Positions 38,374 through 52,449 of a stretch of 64,000 nt of DNA are shown here, one piece after another; the stretch's first letter is position 1; every line of letters starts with the position of its first letter. The notes under the pieces were generated by a model that was given only the letters and a program-made list of their open reading frames with translations, ran no database searches and was not told the origin of the DNA. This DNA is from Paraphysomonas bandaiensis (taxonomy: Eukaryota; Protista; Chrysophyceae): contig CBFFRP010000263.1 in assembly GCA_965644295.1 (NCBI GenBank), positions 1-64,000 of the forward strand, read 5' to 3'. Both the position numbers and the translations under genes were made by a program.

Positions 38374-39211
38374 TTACATTTCATCTTGAGAGCGACGGAC
38401 AGTCTCGCGCACGCGTCGTTTGAATTCTTTCCTATCATTTCGCCACATCACCTATCAAACACATCCATTAAGGAGAATAGATACCAACAGTAATGCATGT
38501 AGTACCGCAGCATCAATATTGGCAGGGGATTCGTCGTTGGGATCAGACAGCATAGAAACAACAGATACTATTATAGCCTCAACACTAAGTATCGGCCGCC
38601 ACCTCTCCTCGGCAGTTTCCTAAAAATCCGTATTATTAAAACCATCAGAGACATGCTCCATACACCTACCAGCTCATTGAACTTATCCTCCCCAGGTGGG
38701 TGTAGTATGGATATGCACACTTTGCCGTCATCATACACTGATCACATTTATTATACAGTAGAGTAAGAAACACAAACATGAAGTACCGTTTGGATGCCAC
38801 ATTTGTGTTATGAAAGTCATCACAGGAGGGGAATTTGGAAAATCTTGCGGAAACTCTAATTTCGCCGAGAAAAAACCACCTTCATATGGAGTGTCACTAG
38901 GACCGATAATCATCAGCTTCCAGTTGAAGATGTTGTCGTCGTCTCCGAGGCCAACAGAGACACCTTCAGGGGGGTTTCTGGACAACTCTACAGATATATC
39001 AAGACATACGTTAAGACATATATATAACACCACTATATATATACATATACAACAAAAATAGTAATAGAATAGTCATATTAACAGTATAGTTATCATCACA
39101 GCACATATATAACTGTATGTATGTATATGTATGTATATGTATATGTATGCTGCTGTTAATTATATTACCGAGAAGCTGACGCCTCAGAAGCTCTGTTGCA
39201 TAACTGCTCAT
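38374..39211 (-). CDS. UBC7: Ubiquitin-conjugating enzyme E2, UBC7/UBE2G type
   Basis: [46 protein letters not shown] (acidic insert), [17 protein letters not shown]. Confidence 0.93.
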
Positions 39212-39851
39212 GTTTCTACCACAACCTGAATTGTTTGATCCAAGTATGAGCTGCTGTGAGAGTGGTTTGTAGAAGTACGATATATGTTAAGAGTGTGACA
39301 GTGAACACACACGTATGGAACATGCTGCTGTATGGATGTATGCAGCACGCTACACTGACACACTCTCCTCCTCTCCTATACAAAAATTCCAATAGTGGAG
39401 ATTTTCAACATACCAAACCTCTAAATATTCGAAATTCGGTTTCGAGTGCTGACAAAACCCCACATCAGAGCATAAAACTTCAAAAGTAGAGATTTTAAAC
39501 ATACCAAACCCCTTACACCTCATAATATCCCTGTTTTTGACATACATAATCTTTGATAAAACTCTTCTCTATGGAATTTACTGTATGTACAGCAGTAGCT
39601 CATTCTTAACGCAGCTTGCAATATACTACACAGCAGTACAGTGCAGCATATGGATATGTACAGCAGTACAGTATGTAATTACAGTAGTATATACTCTGCA
39701 CTCTATACAGTTATATATGTAGCATCTCACATATTAAACAGCCCATATATATACAGTCAATTAACAATCTAATTACTCAATACATTCACTTCGAACTACA
39801 CACCCACCATCCCCCCCTCCTCCTCCCTCATAACTCCATCCAGTAATCCAA

Positions 39852-41358
39852 ATGACTGATAAATCACGTCGTCCAGACGGTATGTACTTTACATACGTAT
39901 AGCCCCTAATTATCTCATATAATAACTCAGATACGCCATTTAAACAGCAGAGAATGGCCGCATGGCAGCCGATACTCACTCCTATTAAAGTTATATTAAT
40001 TTTTTTAACAATTGGTGTGATTTTTGTGCCAGTGGGCGTTACACTTTTGGATGCATCGAAAGAGGTGCGCATAACTGTCTGTTAATACACACAAACAGAT
40101 ACGATAGACGTCAAATGAGAATATGTGTGTAGTGATTGATAGGAGCAGATAGTGTCGATTATATATATATGATCTCTCATGTATAGTATTAACGACTTAT
40201 TTCACTGATGTTTGTATAGATTTATGAGAAGACAGTAGTGTATGATGGAGATGATACTGACATTGATGGGTGTAAGATTAGAGACACGAATGAGGGAAAG
40301 CAGTGTTCGGTATGTTGCTCCTATAATATGACGATTCGTACAATAATGCTGTGAGTAGGTTACGTTCAATATTGGTGAAGATGTCGAAGGTCCCGTCTAT
40401 GTTTATTATGAATTGGAAAACTTTTATCAGAATCACCGCCGATATGTAAAAAGTAGGAGTTCTCTTCAGCTCGAAGGCGAGGTAAGTGTATCATCCTGAT
40501 GATTTAACACTTATGTAATGAATATTTGTTTCATCAGAATTTGGATAAAAATGATGTGAGCGCTGATTGTGATCCACTGTACAAGAACCACTCACTACTT
40601 CTCAACCCTTGCGGCCTAATTGCCAATTCCCTTTTCAACGGTAAAATGTTTGCACATTTTTATAGCTTTATTTTTAAGTGTGGACTCTGTAGATGTAATA
40701 CGTCTCGACAACTCAAGCGGTTACTCCATGGACGAGAAGGGAATCTCCTGGTTATCGGACAGGAAAGTAAAGTTTAATAACGTGGAAGGCTTCAAAAAGG
40801 TGCAGCATGCGAATGCATCTTCATCGTGCGTGGAGGTAATGGGAAGCGAAAAATATTCTGGTACGTACGTAGTATTGCTGGTGGTGATGCGCATGATTGG
40901 TTCTGGTAATGGCAGATTGCAAGGTGTATGTGGATTCAGATGGTGTGACATGGTATTACTGGTATCCCGATGACGACAAGGTCCAGTACCTGCACGAATC
41001 TTACCCTATGGTTGTGAGTCCTATTGAAGGAGTGGAGAATGAACATTTCATTGTGTGGATGCGCACAGCTGGGCTCCCGACATTTAGAAAACTTTACGGA
41101 AAAATCGATGATGACCTCAACAAAGGCGATGTTCTCACTTTTCATCTCGATCTTAACTTCGAAGTGAACAGTTTTGACGGCTCGAAAGCTATAGTCATAA
41201 GTAATCTTGGAGAGTTTGGTGGGAAAAACTCCTTCCTCGGAATATCGTATATCGTTGTGGGCAGCGTCAGCCTTCTCTTAGGGGTTCTCTTTGCCTTAAA
41301 GCAGGCGATCTCACCCAGACAGCTTGGTGACACCAGATACTTAGGATGGAATACGTAA
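39852..41358 (+). CDS. CDC50: CDC50/LEM3/ALIS flippase beta subunit (multi-exon)
   Basis: FKQQRMAAWQPILTP, YYELENFYQNHRRYVKSR, PCGLIANSLFND, EHFIVWMRTAGLPTFRKLYG, GGKNSFLG. Confidence 0.95.
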
Positions 41359-42364
41359 TATATTTGATAATTCAAGGCATAATTGGTTGGTGAGTTTGTC
41401 GTCATATAACATGACACTACCATCCAATACGACCGTTGTGTAGCTGAATATGTAGCTTTGTTTTACCCTACAAGAAGTACATGGTGTCAGTTTCGCTGTC
41501 GTGGTGTTCCTAAAATTTTCATTTATGGCTAATGCGTATATTGGTAGCACATGTAATATTATATTAAAAGAGAATATTGATTGATGAGTGTTGTAAAATA
41601 CGTTTGTACTATTGTTTGACGACAACCTTCCTGATGTTGACTGAGATCAACACTTAGAACGCTATTGTAGTTCACGGTAAGCTAAATTATAGAGCGATTT
41701 ATTAGCGTTTATTCTCAATTAATTATATGTTACACTCATGTGGACTATGATACATGCACTATAATCAACGGTAGCAACAGATGGTTGTGGGTTGTCTATT
41801 ATGGTCAGTGCTGAGTTCTGCAATATGATATGATATATATTGTGCAATTGAAGTGAGTTAATAGTGTGCAATGTGCAATAGGTGAAGTCAGCGCATAGGT
41901 GTAACTTTGTAATTATAGGTACAAAGAAATTAAATTCAATTACTGATGTGTGACTATACAAGATATAGAACCGACTGATGAACATATGACAAACAGATGT
42001 TGCTGAGAACAGATGTTTAATCAGATGTTACACGAAAATGTAGTGAAGTGCTCAGAATAATAACTATAATTTCTTACTTGAAAGTGCATTGTGTTCAACA
42101 TAACAAGATTAAGGTTTAAATGTAGAGCAAAGTTAACTTCAGTGAAATGTCCAATTCTAACAGTCAGGGCTGCGTATCAATTAATTGTCAATTGAAATTG
42201 CATATATTGAAATAGAATATGGTAGTATACATCTGTATTATGTATGCTCAATATATAAATATCATTAATATTCTGTAGTTTACATCACTATATCCGTCAA
42301 CTCAACGGTCATGACAGCCCAATCAATAGCATGCCATTCGCCTGTATCTCATGAATCTACGATG

Positions 42365-42597
42365 GCCAATGCATGGACAGCAGTAGTGAATGTTTGTTTA
42401 TTAGCAATAGCCGTGTAAGAGTCAGAACTAATGTAGCAAAACAATTTAACTAACTAGTGCTTAACTCTGAATGCTATTATTTGGCGCTACGAAAGCTGCT
42501 TCTGCGTCAAGCACCAAGGTGCAACCACTTTCGCTCTCTGTCTTTAAGGTGAACTAGCCCGGGTGCTTGACTTCAGTAGGCAGCCCAATACCCCGAA
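42365..42597 (-). mobile_element. Partial copy (3' half) of SINE-like family
   Basis: Reverse complement matches 48535-48840 and, in part, the LINE tail. Confidence 0.7.
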
Positions 42598-43032
42598 TGC
42601 CATACTAGCAGCAGTTAGTTCACAGAGTGCATATTAATGGTTAGGGTGGCTGAAGAAAATGCAAAAACCCATATTTTTATGCAGATTTATGTCTTTAGGG
42701 CCTGACTGTACCTCCTGCTGCAGCAACAATACACAGGTGCATGGCTGTGCATATACGCATATACTCTGCACAACCGAAGTAAAAACTATCTAGCTAACTA
42801 ACAGGTAACAGGGTATATCACACGCAACAATATAAGATAATAGTGAATAAATAATAAATTAGTGTTCTTAAAAAGTGTTGTTCTATTGTATTTGTACTTG
42901 CAGCACAACATCATGCTTTTCACTTTTGAATAACCGGAAATAGTTTCAATCTATTTGATGAATTTGTATAGTCTTGAAGGATTGTAACTATTGTAGACTA
43001 TCAATGTAACGTTTTTGGCCTGTTTAGCTGTA

Positions 43033-43741
43033 TAGGGCTTTAAATGGTCAATAATGGGTCATTAATGGAATTGCCATTATATTTGCCGGGACCTATTTCA
43101 CTCATTGTCATTGTAATTACCGGGAACTGGGCACCTATTAATGGTTACATGGTTACCAGGGCCTGGGGTAGTGCACTTGTGCACTTGGAATCTCAGAAGG
43201 AATCATACTTCTATGATTCATAATCTGATTCTGCTCCAACCAATGTCATACTGCAAGTCTGGAAGCAGCAAGTAATATACCAATAGCATGTATGATACAT
43301 AGCAGTTAATATAAGCACCTCTTTTGAGTAATTTTACGTAGTATCTCTCGGAAATTTGAGTGATGCATACATAGGGTAATATTTCAATGGCTATCTATTA
43401 TGTATTTCCACTCACTAATCTCACTATGGCAATTATTAACAAGACACTCCCTAGTTGCGATAATTATTATTACAGAGGAAAATGTGCATATCCCGTAATG
43501 ATTTCCCATACGCCATACTTACTATTATACAGTTATAATTGCATTCTTCAATTCTAATGCTTCTCTTCCATGTCAAACTATAATCTATACTCTCAACAAC
43601 GTGATATGAAGAGCTCGTTATAGCATTTACCCTGAATACGATATTAAAGGCCCGTACAGCATAACAGGGCCTGGTAACCATTGATGGTAATGCCATTATA
43701 ATTTCCGGGAACTGGGCACCCATAAATGGTTACCAGGCCCT
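43033..43741. repeat. Two related small MITE-like elements (~43033-43164 and ~43666-43741)
   Basis: Shared CCGGGAACTGGGCACC..AATGGTTAC core. The second copy has inverted ends AGGGCCTGGTAACCATT / AATGGTTACCAGGCCCT. No clean TSD. Confidence 0.55.
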
Positions 43742-44235
43742 ACCGCATTACCGATGAAGGGGAAAGTCGTGTTATATCAGGAGGCTAGAGAAGAGCAAAC
43801 GCAACAGGTAGACACGCATGAGTTTGAGTCCTACCCACAATAGTATCACCCTCATCTTCAACAGATGCATACAGAGAATATGCAAACACTCCTCGAGCAT
43901 ATGTAGGGAGAGGTGCTGCGTTAAGAGGAGGCGAGAGAGGAGAACATGAAAGCGGCAAGCAATCATACTGTGTTCATGCAATCAACCGACAGGCATACAA
44001 TCTATTGAGCTGACGGTTACTCGTATGTGTATAGATAAGCCTGCGTCTGCTGACAGATAAGGGGATGGTGATGCCGGATATTCCCCCTCTTATATCCTGA
44101 AGATGAGGTATAACATGACTGCACCCTCACATCAGTTGAAATGCATATCCAGATAGATATTTAATATACATATATACACATATGAGATGCCTCTGTATGT
44201 ATGATATGATCAGCCGCCCAGTTCACTCACAGGCT

Positions 44236-44788
44236 GTGCCAGTCGATGAACTGGTTGTGCCAGTCGATGAACTGGTTGTTTTTTTGTGACGGGTTGTGTG
44301 GGCGGCCAGTCGATGAACTGGTTGTGCCAGTCGATGAACTGGTTGTTTTTTTGTGACGGGTTGTGGGGGCGACCAGTCGATGAACTGGTTGTGCCAGTCG
44401 ATGAACTGGTTGTGCCAGTCGATGAACTGGTTGTTTTTTTGTGACGGGTTGTGGGGGCGACCAGTCGATGAACTGGTTGTGCCAGTCGATGAACTGGTTG
44501 TTTTTTTGTGACGGGTTGTGGGGGCGACCAGTCGATGAACTGGTTGTGCCAGTCGATGAACTGGTTGTGCCAGTCGATGAACTGGTTGTTTTTTTGTGAC
44601 GGGTTGTGAGGGCGACCAGTCGATGAACTGGTTGTGCCAGTCGATGAACTGGTTGTGCCAGTCGATGAACTGGTTGTTTTTTTGTGACGGGTTGTGGGGG
44701 CGACCAGTCGATGAAGTGGTTGTGCCAGTCGATGAACTGGTTGTTTTTTTGTGACGGGTTGTGGGGGCGACCAGTCGATGAAGTGGTT
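44236..44788. repeat. Higher-order minisatellite: 21-bp palindromic unit (18 copies) plus ~25-bp linker (7 copies)
   Basis: A=CCAGTCGATGAACTGGTTGTG, B=TTTTTTGTGACGGGTTGTGGGGGCGA; A-runs of 2,2,3,2,3,3,2,1. Confidence 0.95.
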
Positions 44789-45198
44789 CAGGTTGTACCA
44801 TATACAGTCGTATACAATGTATACCGCAGTTTACATATGTTATACTTCGCCTAAAACAGATGTTTTTTTATTGGCACTTGTGGACCAATAGATTGCTCTG
44901 TTAATCGTAGGGACTGCATTAATTGGATATTCTAGAAGAGGAATATGACATGGCCATATAGCAAATCATATCACTCCTATATTAATTGATAGGCCTTCTG
45001 TTCTCAATGGTGGAAAAAAGATGTTCTTATGGTGCTTATGTATATGTATCACACGCACTTCATATGGAATTCAAGTATATGATTTGTACGTGAATTTCTA
45101 TACATTAGTACCATATGAATTCAAGGCATTCATAATCTCTTAATACACTAATATACACACGTCAAGACCACTATTACCACATTGATATCCCCATAATC

Positions 45199-47242
45199 AT
45201 GAGAAGAGGACGTTTCTTAATGAAGGCGATGTCTTTGAATCTGTCAACAGTTAATAGTCATGTTAAGAACGCTGAGTGAGTCACGCGCATACAAAACATA
45301 CACGTGTAACTACAAATAGATATGTATGTATGTGTATCTCTGTATGTGTATGTGTGTATAGGGAGATGCGTGTGTATGCATACGTGCACCCCTCTCTATA
45401 TATTCATATGTGTGTATGTATATACATGTATGTGTATATGCATAGAGACATGTGTATGTATGTATGTATGTATGTATGTATGTATGTGCATCTCTCTCTA
45501 TATATATACGTGTATCTCTCTATATATTCGTATATGTATATATATGTGTGTATATTTAATCCTAGTTTTGTCTTATAGATATGCTGTCCGAGGGCCCATT
45601 CTACTGGCCGCTCAAGAGGTTAACACACCTGTATATATCATACAACAGTAACCATATGCATTCAATAGATTGAAGAGAGACTGAAGAACGATCCCGGAAG
45701 CCTACCGTTCAAACGAGTCTTAAAGTGTCATATTGGAAACCCCCAATCACTGAAACAGCAGCCGATATCGTTTGTTAGAGATGTTTTAACATGTGTCATC
45801 AATCCCTCGATGGTAATATATGGATGGATGTGTGTATCTCATATGAGTCATGTGATTGTTGTATAGATGGAGCGGGCAACATTTAATCCTGATGTTGTCG
45901 AGCGAGCTAAGCGGTATTTAGAAGAGATCGGTAGCGCCGGGGCTTATGCGGAATCACAGGGTATCTCTGCTGTTCGTCAGGAGATTGCAGATTTCCATTA
46001 CCAAAGAGATGGATACCCTGCTGATCCTCGTAACATATTTCTCACAAATGGTGCCTCTGAAGGAGTGAAGAGTTTCTTGCAAACTATTATTCGGGACCCG
46101 GCATCAGGCCACAGGGATGCTGTTTTGACTCCTATTCCACAGTATCCACTCTACTCCGGCACCACAGCAGTTCTCAATGGTGTGTTGGTTCCCTACTACC
46201 TCAATGAAGAGGCTGGTTGGACGAGCACCTCAAAGGACCTGGATGCAGCGTACGAGGGTGCCGTTGCTGAGGGAGTCACCCCGCGAGCGCTGGTTGTGAT
46301 TAACCCTGGTAATCCTACGGGACAGGTGATGGCGGAAGAGGTAGTTCGTGAGGTAGCGGCATGGTGTCGGGACAGAGGCGTAGTATTGATGGCGGACGAG
46401 GTCTACCAAGAAAACGTCTACAAAGACGGCGCCAAGTATGCTTCTTAAGTTTCCTTCATTTTAACAACACCTCAACCTCTATTTCAGGTTTACATCATTT
46501 CGCAAAGCCGCGTTCGACCTCGATCTATTCTCTGGCCAGGATCCTCTTCAGATGGTGTCCTTCCACAGGTATGCCACAGTATTTCACCCAATTATTGTTG
46601 GCCAGCAGTATGACACAATTTGTGTAGTGTCTCTAAAGGTTTCTTTGGTGAGTGTGGTCTTCGCGGTGGATACTATGAGCTATTGGGCATTCCAGATGAA
46701 GTAAGGATGGAACTTTACAAGCTAGCGTCCATGTGTTTGGGAAGCAATACTGTGGGCCAGATTGTAACTGGAGTCATGGTAAAGCCTCCTCAACCAGGAG
46801 ATGCATCCTACGAACAGTATAATCGGGAACGTAGTGACATTCTTGACTCATTAAAGCGGCGATCATTGGTGATGTGCGAGGGATTAAATTCTCTGACCGG
46901 AGTGAGCTGCAACGTGATTGAGGGTGCTATGTACGCATTCCCAACCATTAGATTACCAAGTACTAAATCCTCCTTAGTGTACTATACTTTTATTCTGACC
47001 ATTTATATATAGAAAAAGCTGTTGAAGCTGCGAAAGCTGCTGGAAAGGGCCCAGACACATTTTACTGTCTGCGATTGGTGCACGAAACAGGAATATGCGT
47101 TGTTCCTGGATCTGGCTTCCGCCAAAAGGAAGGAACATATCACTTCCGTATCACAATCCTCCCTCCAGAGGATCAAATCGACGAAGCTGTTGGACTTTTA
47201 CGTGACTTTCACGAGAAATTTCTTAATGAATACAAAGACTGA
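45199..47242 (+). CDS. ALT: Alanine aminotransferase (multi-exon)
   Basis: [91 protein letters not shown]. Confidence 0.96.
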
Positions 47243-47639
47243 ACTGATTAGCTCGTATCTGTACGGGGATGTTTAGGAATGGCGTGCTGAACATATTTAT
47301 GTAAAGTTTTATAGCTATTGCATAGTCTTCCTGTCCACTTGGTTTGTAACTAAGTAGATCATGTTTCGACTGTAACGGAATACCCTGTATAGGTATTCTA
47401 GTCTGTCAATAATTCCATTTTAGAAATACCATACTTGTAATATTCGGGCTCTGTTTTCTTAGTACATCAACAATAGAGCATATGTTCACCAGATGTTACA
47501 TGAACATGCCGTGAAGTGTTATGATTAATAATTATTCCTACTGAAATGCATTATGTGCAACAATGCAAGGTTAAGGTTTACGTGTAGAGCTCGGTTAACT
47601 TATGGTCACAATTTATATGTAAATTACGAGAATGCAACA

Positions 47640-48153
47640 GTCTATTGAAAGTCTTATTATTAGCAATAGGCGTTAAAAACCTGTACCAACTTAGTAGCTA
47701 GATGAATGCTAGACAAACTAGTTAGACCTCTACCTGTAACAAATCAGTACACACTTATTTTATCCTACTATTTAACGCTACAGAAGCTGCTTATGCGTCG
47801 CCGCAAGCACCAAGGTGCGATCACTTCCGCTCTGAGTTCTTAAGGTGAACATCCCGGATGCTTGACTTCAGCAGGCAGCCCAATACCCCGGTTACCCTTC
47901 AGGTGGGTCCTGTCCCGGATGCTCTTGAGGTGGGCCCATTCCTGGATGCCTGTTTACTCGTCAGGGCCCAAAGACGCCAACACAAGTGACACTTATTGGT
48001 GTCCCTTGTATCACACAAGCATTCGGCTATGAGTGGACAGAAGAATATCTGCTGACTATGTTTGCGGCTTACGTTAGTTTCCCAGAGAGAATCTCTCCGG
48101 TACTTATCCCCCAGAGCACCACGAAAAGGTGCGAGTCCGACTTTGTTGAGGGT
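47640..48153 (-). mobile_element. SINE-like element, most complete copy
   Basis: Head ACCCTCAACAAAGTCGGACTCGCACC shared with the 48314 and 57456 copies; 3' ~190 bp matches the LINE tail 18622-18805. Confidence 0.75.
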
Positions 48154-48313
48154 TGCAACAGTCTACCGGAAGTATCGTATCGCTTCCAAGTGCAACTTAA
48201 GTTACGAATTGCTAGTGTACTATAGTAAAGGTGTAGAAAGTGTAAAGTGCATGGCATTTAATATTATTTTAATTCACCTTAATATATTTCAATATATAGT
48301 TATACAGCAACAT

Positions 48314-48840
48314 ACCCTCAACAAAGTCGGACTCGCACCTTTACCGGAGAGATTCTCTCTGGGAAACTAACGTGAGCCGCAATTATCGACAGCAGATATT
48401 GTTCTTCCCACTCGTAGACTAATGCTTGTGTGGTACAAGGGACACTATAATATAAGTGCTACTCGTGTAGTAGACGTCTTTGGACCCTGACGAATAAACA
48501 GGCATCCGGGAATGGGCCCAACTCAAGGGTAACCGGGGTATTGAGCTGCTTGCTGAAGTACAGCATCCGGGATGTTCACCTTAAACCTTAAGGACTCAAA
48601 AATCCTGAAGTTAGCAGGTGTCAAGTGTATCAACTTGCCCATTGCGTTTGCTTTGAGTGATTGAGCGAAAGTTGTTGCACTTTGGCGCTTGCGGTGACGC
48701 ACAAGCAGCTTTCGTAGCGTTAAATAGTAGGATATCAGAGTTAAGCACTAGTTAGTTAAGCTGCAATGCTAAATTAGTTCCGACTCGTAAATGCCTATTG
48801 CTAATAATAAGACATTCACTACAGCTGTCATTGGTATTGG
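48314..48840 (+). mobile_element. SINE-like element, inverted partner of the 47640 copy
   Basis: Same head and body, a ~25-nt deletion in the head, an internal insertion, and a variant tail. Confidence 0.75.
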
Positions 48841-49035
48841 GTGTGTTGTATGTAAAATAACGCATTTGTAAACAGTTCAACTTTCAGCTACAGATTAGAT
48901 GAAGTTTACAGAATTAATACTTTGAAGCAAAGTATACATACGACTACGCGCTATTTAGGAAGTATATACATGCACATCACCAGCAATTAGTGAAAAGTCT
49001 GGTTCCACCGAAGACACAAATTTATGATACGAAAG

Positions 49036-52000
49036 TTATATTGTGCTGTCTTCAGCTAGCTGAGGTCTTCTCGGTGGGGGTCTCCGTGGCGATGGAACTG
49101 ATCCATTCGCATGACGTCTCGACTCATTCAACATTTTCTGGGTACTCTTGACATCAATATTCGCGATATCGGTAAAGAATACTTCTACTAAATTTAACAG
49201 CTTTGGTAAGTTGATATCATCGCCAGGAAGATTAGCACTTAATTGAAATGGTGAAGCCTGCTTGAACTTTTCAAGAGATGTGTATAGCTTCTTTTGCATA
49301 GATGTTTCACGTTGCTGTAGTGATGTCACCTGAGCACCTTTTAGAAGCATCTTTCGTCTCATGTCTACAAGCTAGGAAAATATTAGCAAGCAATAGTGTC
49401 ATCAGACAAATATACACATACCTTAGCCTCTAGAGTCATAATTAAGGCATTCTGCTTCTCCGCTAATTCTGCCGCCTCTTCAACCTGCTGCGAGAGAGCA
49501 GTTTCAATACTAACATGTTCTTTGCTACTACTCAGAAGATGTCGTTTAGTATCTGTTATGGACTGGTGGAGACCACTATTCTCAGCAAATGCTGTGGATG
49601 CTTTCTGATGAAGTATGGCATTCGCCTTTCTCAGATCGCTATTTTCTACTTCATAGTCGTGAAGCCTGTTTAAAGCGTTCATACTGTGCATAAGCATTTG
49701 ACTCAGAGTGTTAGGAATTTCGAAATCTGGAATAGCCTCCACATATTCTAACGACTGCATTCATATCAGACACATACATAAACATGAATATAGCGATTAC
49801 CTTAGATGGGCTAGACTTGCGACTTCTACTTGGCTGGGGTGAACGTAAAATAGGAGACGGTATCGACATTGAAGCTAGATCTTCCAATTGTACGTCATCA
49901 ATAGGCCCCTCCATGTCGTAGACGCTGTTAGCATCAAATCCGTAAGTGTCATGAGATTTCGCCCGTCGCATTTCGTGAGATTTATGCTCACTCGAACCCT
50001 TACTAATACTTTTACTAGGTGATACACTTTGTTCTCGCATCATTTTCTGAGTCGACTGCAGTATTGATCTAACTTGATCAACTACAGCTTTCGCATTCTT
50101 AAGTTCGGCAATTTCTTTTTCGCATGCCGCTAGGGCAATTTTTCCTTCTTCTACTTGTTGAGAAAGCTCATGTTCAGATGACCCTACCCTTCTAACATAG
50201 TCCTCTTGTTCCTGTAGCTGACGTTCATGAGCAATCTTTATCTGATTGATTTCTGTCCGGAGGTCCATAACCTCTGCCTCAGTGCGATGTAGATCTTGGA
50301 ACATGGCGCGAATCCGCTCATACAAAGGTGGACACATTCGTCGTAGAGATGAAACCCCGCACCATGCAGCGTGCTTCTGTGCTAATGACAAACCATCATT
50401 ACTTTCAGATGTACTTCCAAGTCCATTTTCTCCTAATTCTTCTTCAATCTCCCGAAGTTGGCTTGAGAGCTCCCTGTATCGCTGGAGGTCTTGTGCATTC
50501 TGCTCTTTTTCGCTCAAGAGACGCTGTCTCTCTCCCTGAAGACGACTAACCTCAGGCTCTAAGGCACTCAATCTCGGTTGCGTATGAGATAGTTGTCCAT
50601 TTAACTTAGCAACGTCAATCTCGAGGGTTTCTTTTTGCTCTCTAAGTAAATCCGCCTCACGCTCCACAGATTTGAGGGAATGAGATTGTTCCTCATATTG
50701 CGCTCGCAGCTGCCTCAATTCTCTTTGAACCACTTCTCTCTCGTCGTCTTTTTGTTTCATCTGTAACAACAACAACAACTAAAACTATATCAAAAGATCA
50801 ACATCAAAGCAAACCTCTTCAAGCTGCTTTGTTTGAATTTTGTACAGTTCCTCGGTCTCAATAGCCTTCCGCTCTAAAAGAGCGCTGAGATCATTCCTCT
50901 GCTCTTCAAATACAGCTTGCATCCGTGTTGCTTCTTCCAGACGAGCCTGGGTAGAGCTGAGTTCTTTCTCAAGTTTCAAACACCGGGCCGTTGCATTTTC
51001 TGCTGCATCCTCCGCCACCTTGGCCCTTTGTTCCATCCCTTTACTACCTTCCTGTGCAACTCGTAGCTCTCCACGACATTTTTCCAACTGTAACCCCACC
51101 TCAGAGGACTTTTGCATATCTGCCTGAATGTACTCAACAAGAAGATCACGCTCTTGTTCTACAGCTTTCAGTTGGTCAAGTAATGAGGGGCTACTACCAT
51201 CTGAACTCTTTTGCACTCGTGTCAGGTCCTGTTGAGCCTCTGCAAGTCTCTGACGTATAGCCACCACTTGTTGTTCTAAACTCTCACTATGATGACAGAC
51301 TGTACTTTTTTCTGCTTCTAATCCCTCAACTTGAGCCTCTTTACTCTGTAAATCTCTTCGTAATGCAGTCACCTCCCCACGTAAATGGGATACTTTCATT
51401 AAGAGATCAGCATGACCAGATAATCCCACTTCATCAGCTCGAAACTCTAATGCATCTTCTAATACTTTAACTCTTACTTGTAACTCTTCTGATTGTAATT
51501 GTAACTGATCTCTTTCATGTTCTACTTCTTTTAAACGATCTTTCACTCTATGAATCTCTTGGATGGGATTGATACACTTCTCTCTACCCTGCTGATGTTG
51601 CTGCCCTCTCTCGGTCTCATAGATACGTTCAAATGACTCGACTTTAGATCGTAATTTCTGTACATCAGACTGTGATTCTTTTAAAGCCTTTTGATTATGT
51701 TTCAACTCTCTCATTAATTTCTCATTCTCAAGAATCAGATTTTTCTTTTGTTTACTTGATTCTTCTAAACGTGTTTGACTTATAGAAAGTTGACGCTGTA
51801 ATGCCTGCATTTGATCTTTATGTTCTTTCTCAATACGACGTCGCTGAGCATCACTGCTAACAGTGTTCGTACTTGTGAAGTATTGTGGCTCTACAGAAGA
51901 TACGTTTGACTTCACTTTCTTTTCATAACTTTCAATGATTTTTTTGGAATCTCTCAATTCAGTATATAAATTGGATAATTCTTTTGCCTGTAATACAAAA

Positions 52001-52099
52001 AAATGGGGATATTATATAATAAAAATGTACGAGTAAATTTACCTGTTCGGCAACTTTACTCATTAGTTTTGTGACCATCGGGTCCTCACCAGTAGACAT
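49036..52099 (-). CDS. Long coiled-coil protein, unknown function (multi-exon)
   Basis: Five consecutive heptad-rich E/Q/K/L ORFs separated by short GT-AG introns. Confidence 0.8.
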
Positions 52100-52449
52100 T
52101 ATTAATGGAGAGTGTTGAATAAATTGGATGACTTTAGTATATAAAAATGAAGATATGTCGTACACTGATGTTAATGTTGTTGAGAGAATTCATATAATCG
52201 AATCATTTGGATGATATAGTGTAATGCAAGTTGACAAGAGGGGTGTTTATGATATGCAATGTCATTCAATGTGAGATTGACAGATACAACTGCTTTACAT
52301 ACATGTGCTCTGTGCATGTGGTAGTATATTATCAACGGCCATATGTCTCACCGCCGTATACACTGTATACCGCATAAAATACATATCCATCCATATATAC
52401 TCTACCCATATATACACTGTACAGTACTCTATTGGCATAAAAAAAGAAA

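Noticed and set aside
44236-44788. CRISPR array
   Set aside because: Spacers are identical or absent, there are no cas genes, and the context is eukaryotic.
48470-48520. Hammerhead ribozyme (CTGACGA) in the SINE-like body
   Set aside because: No stem II followed by GAAA could be placed.
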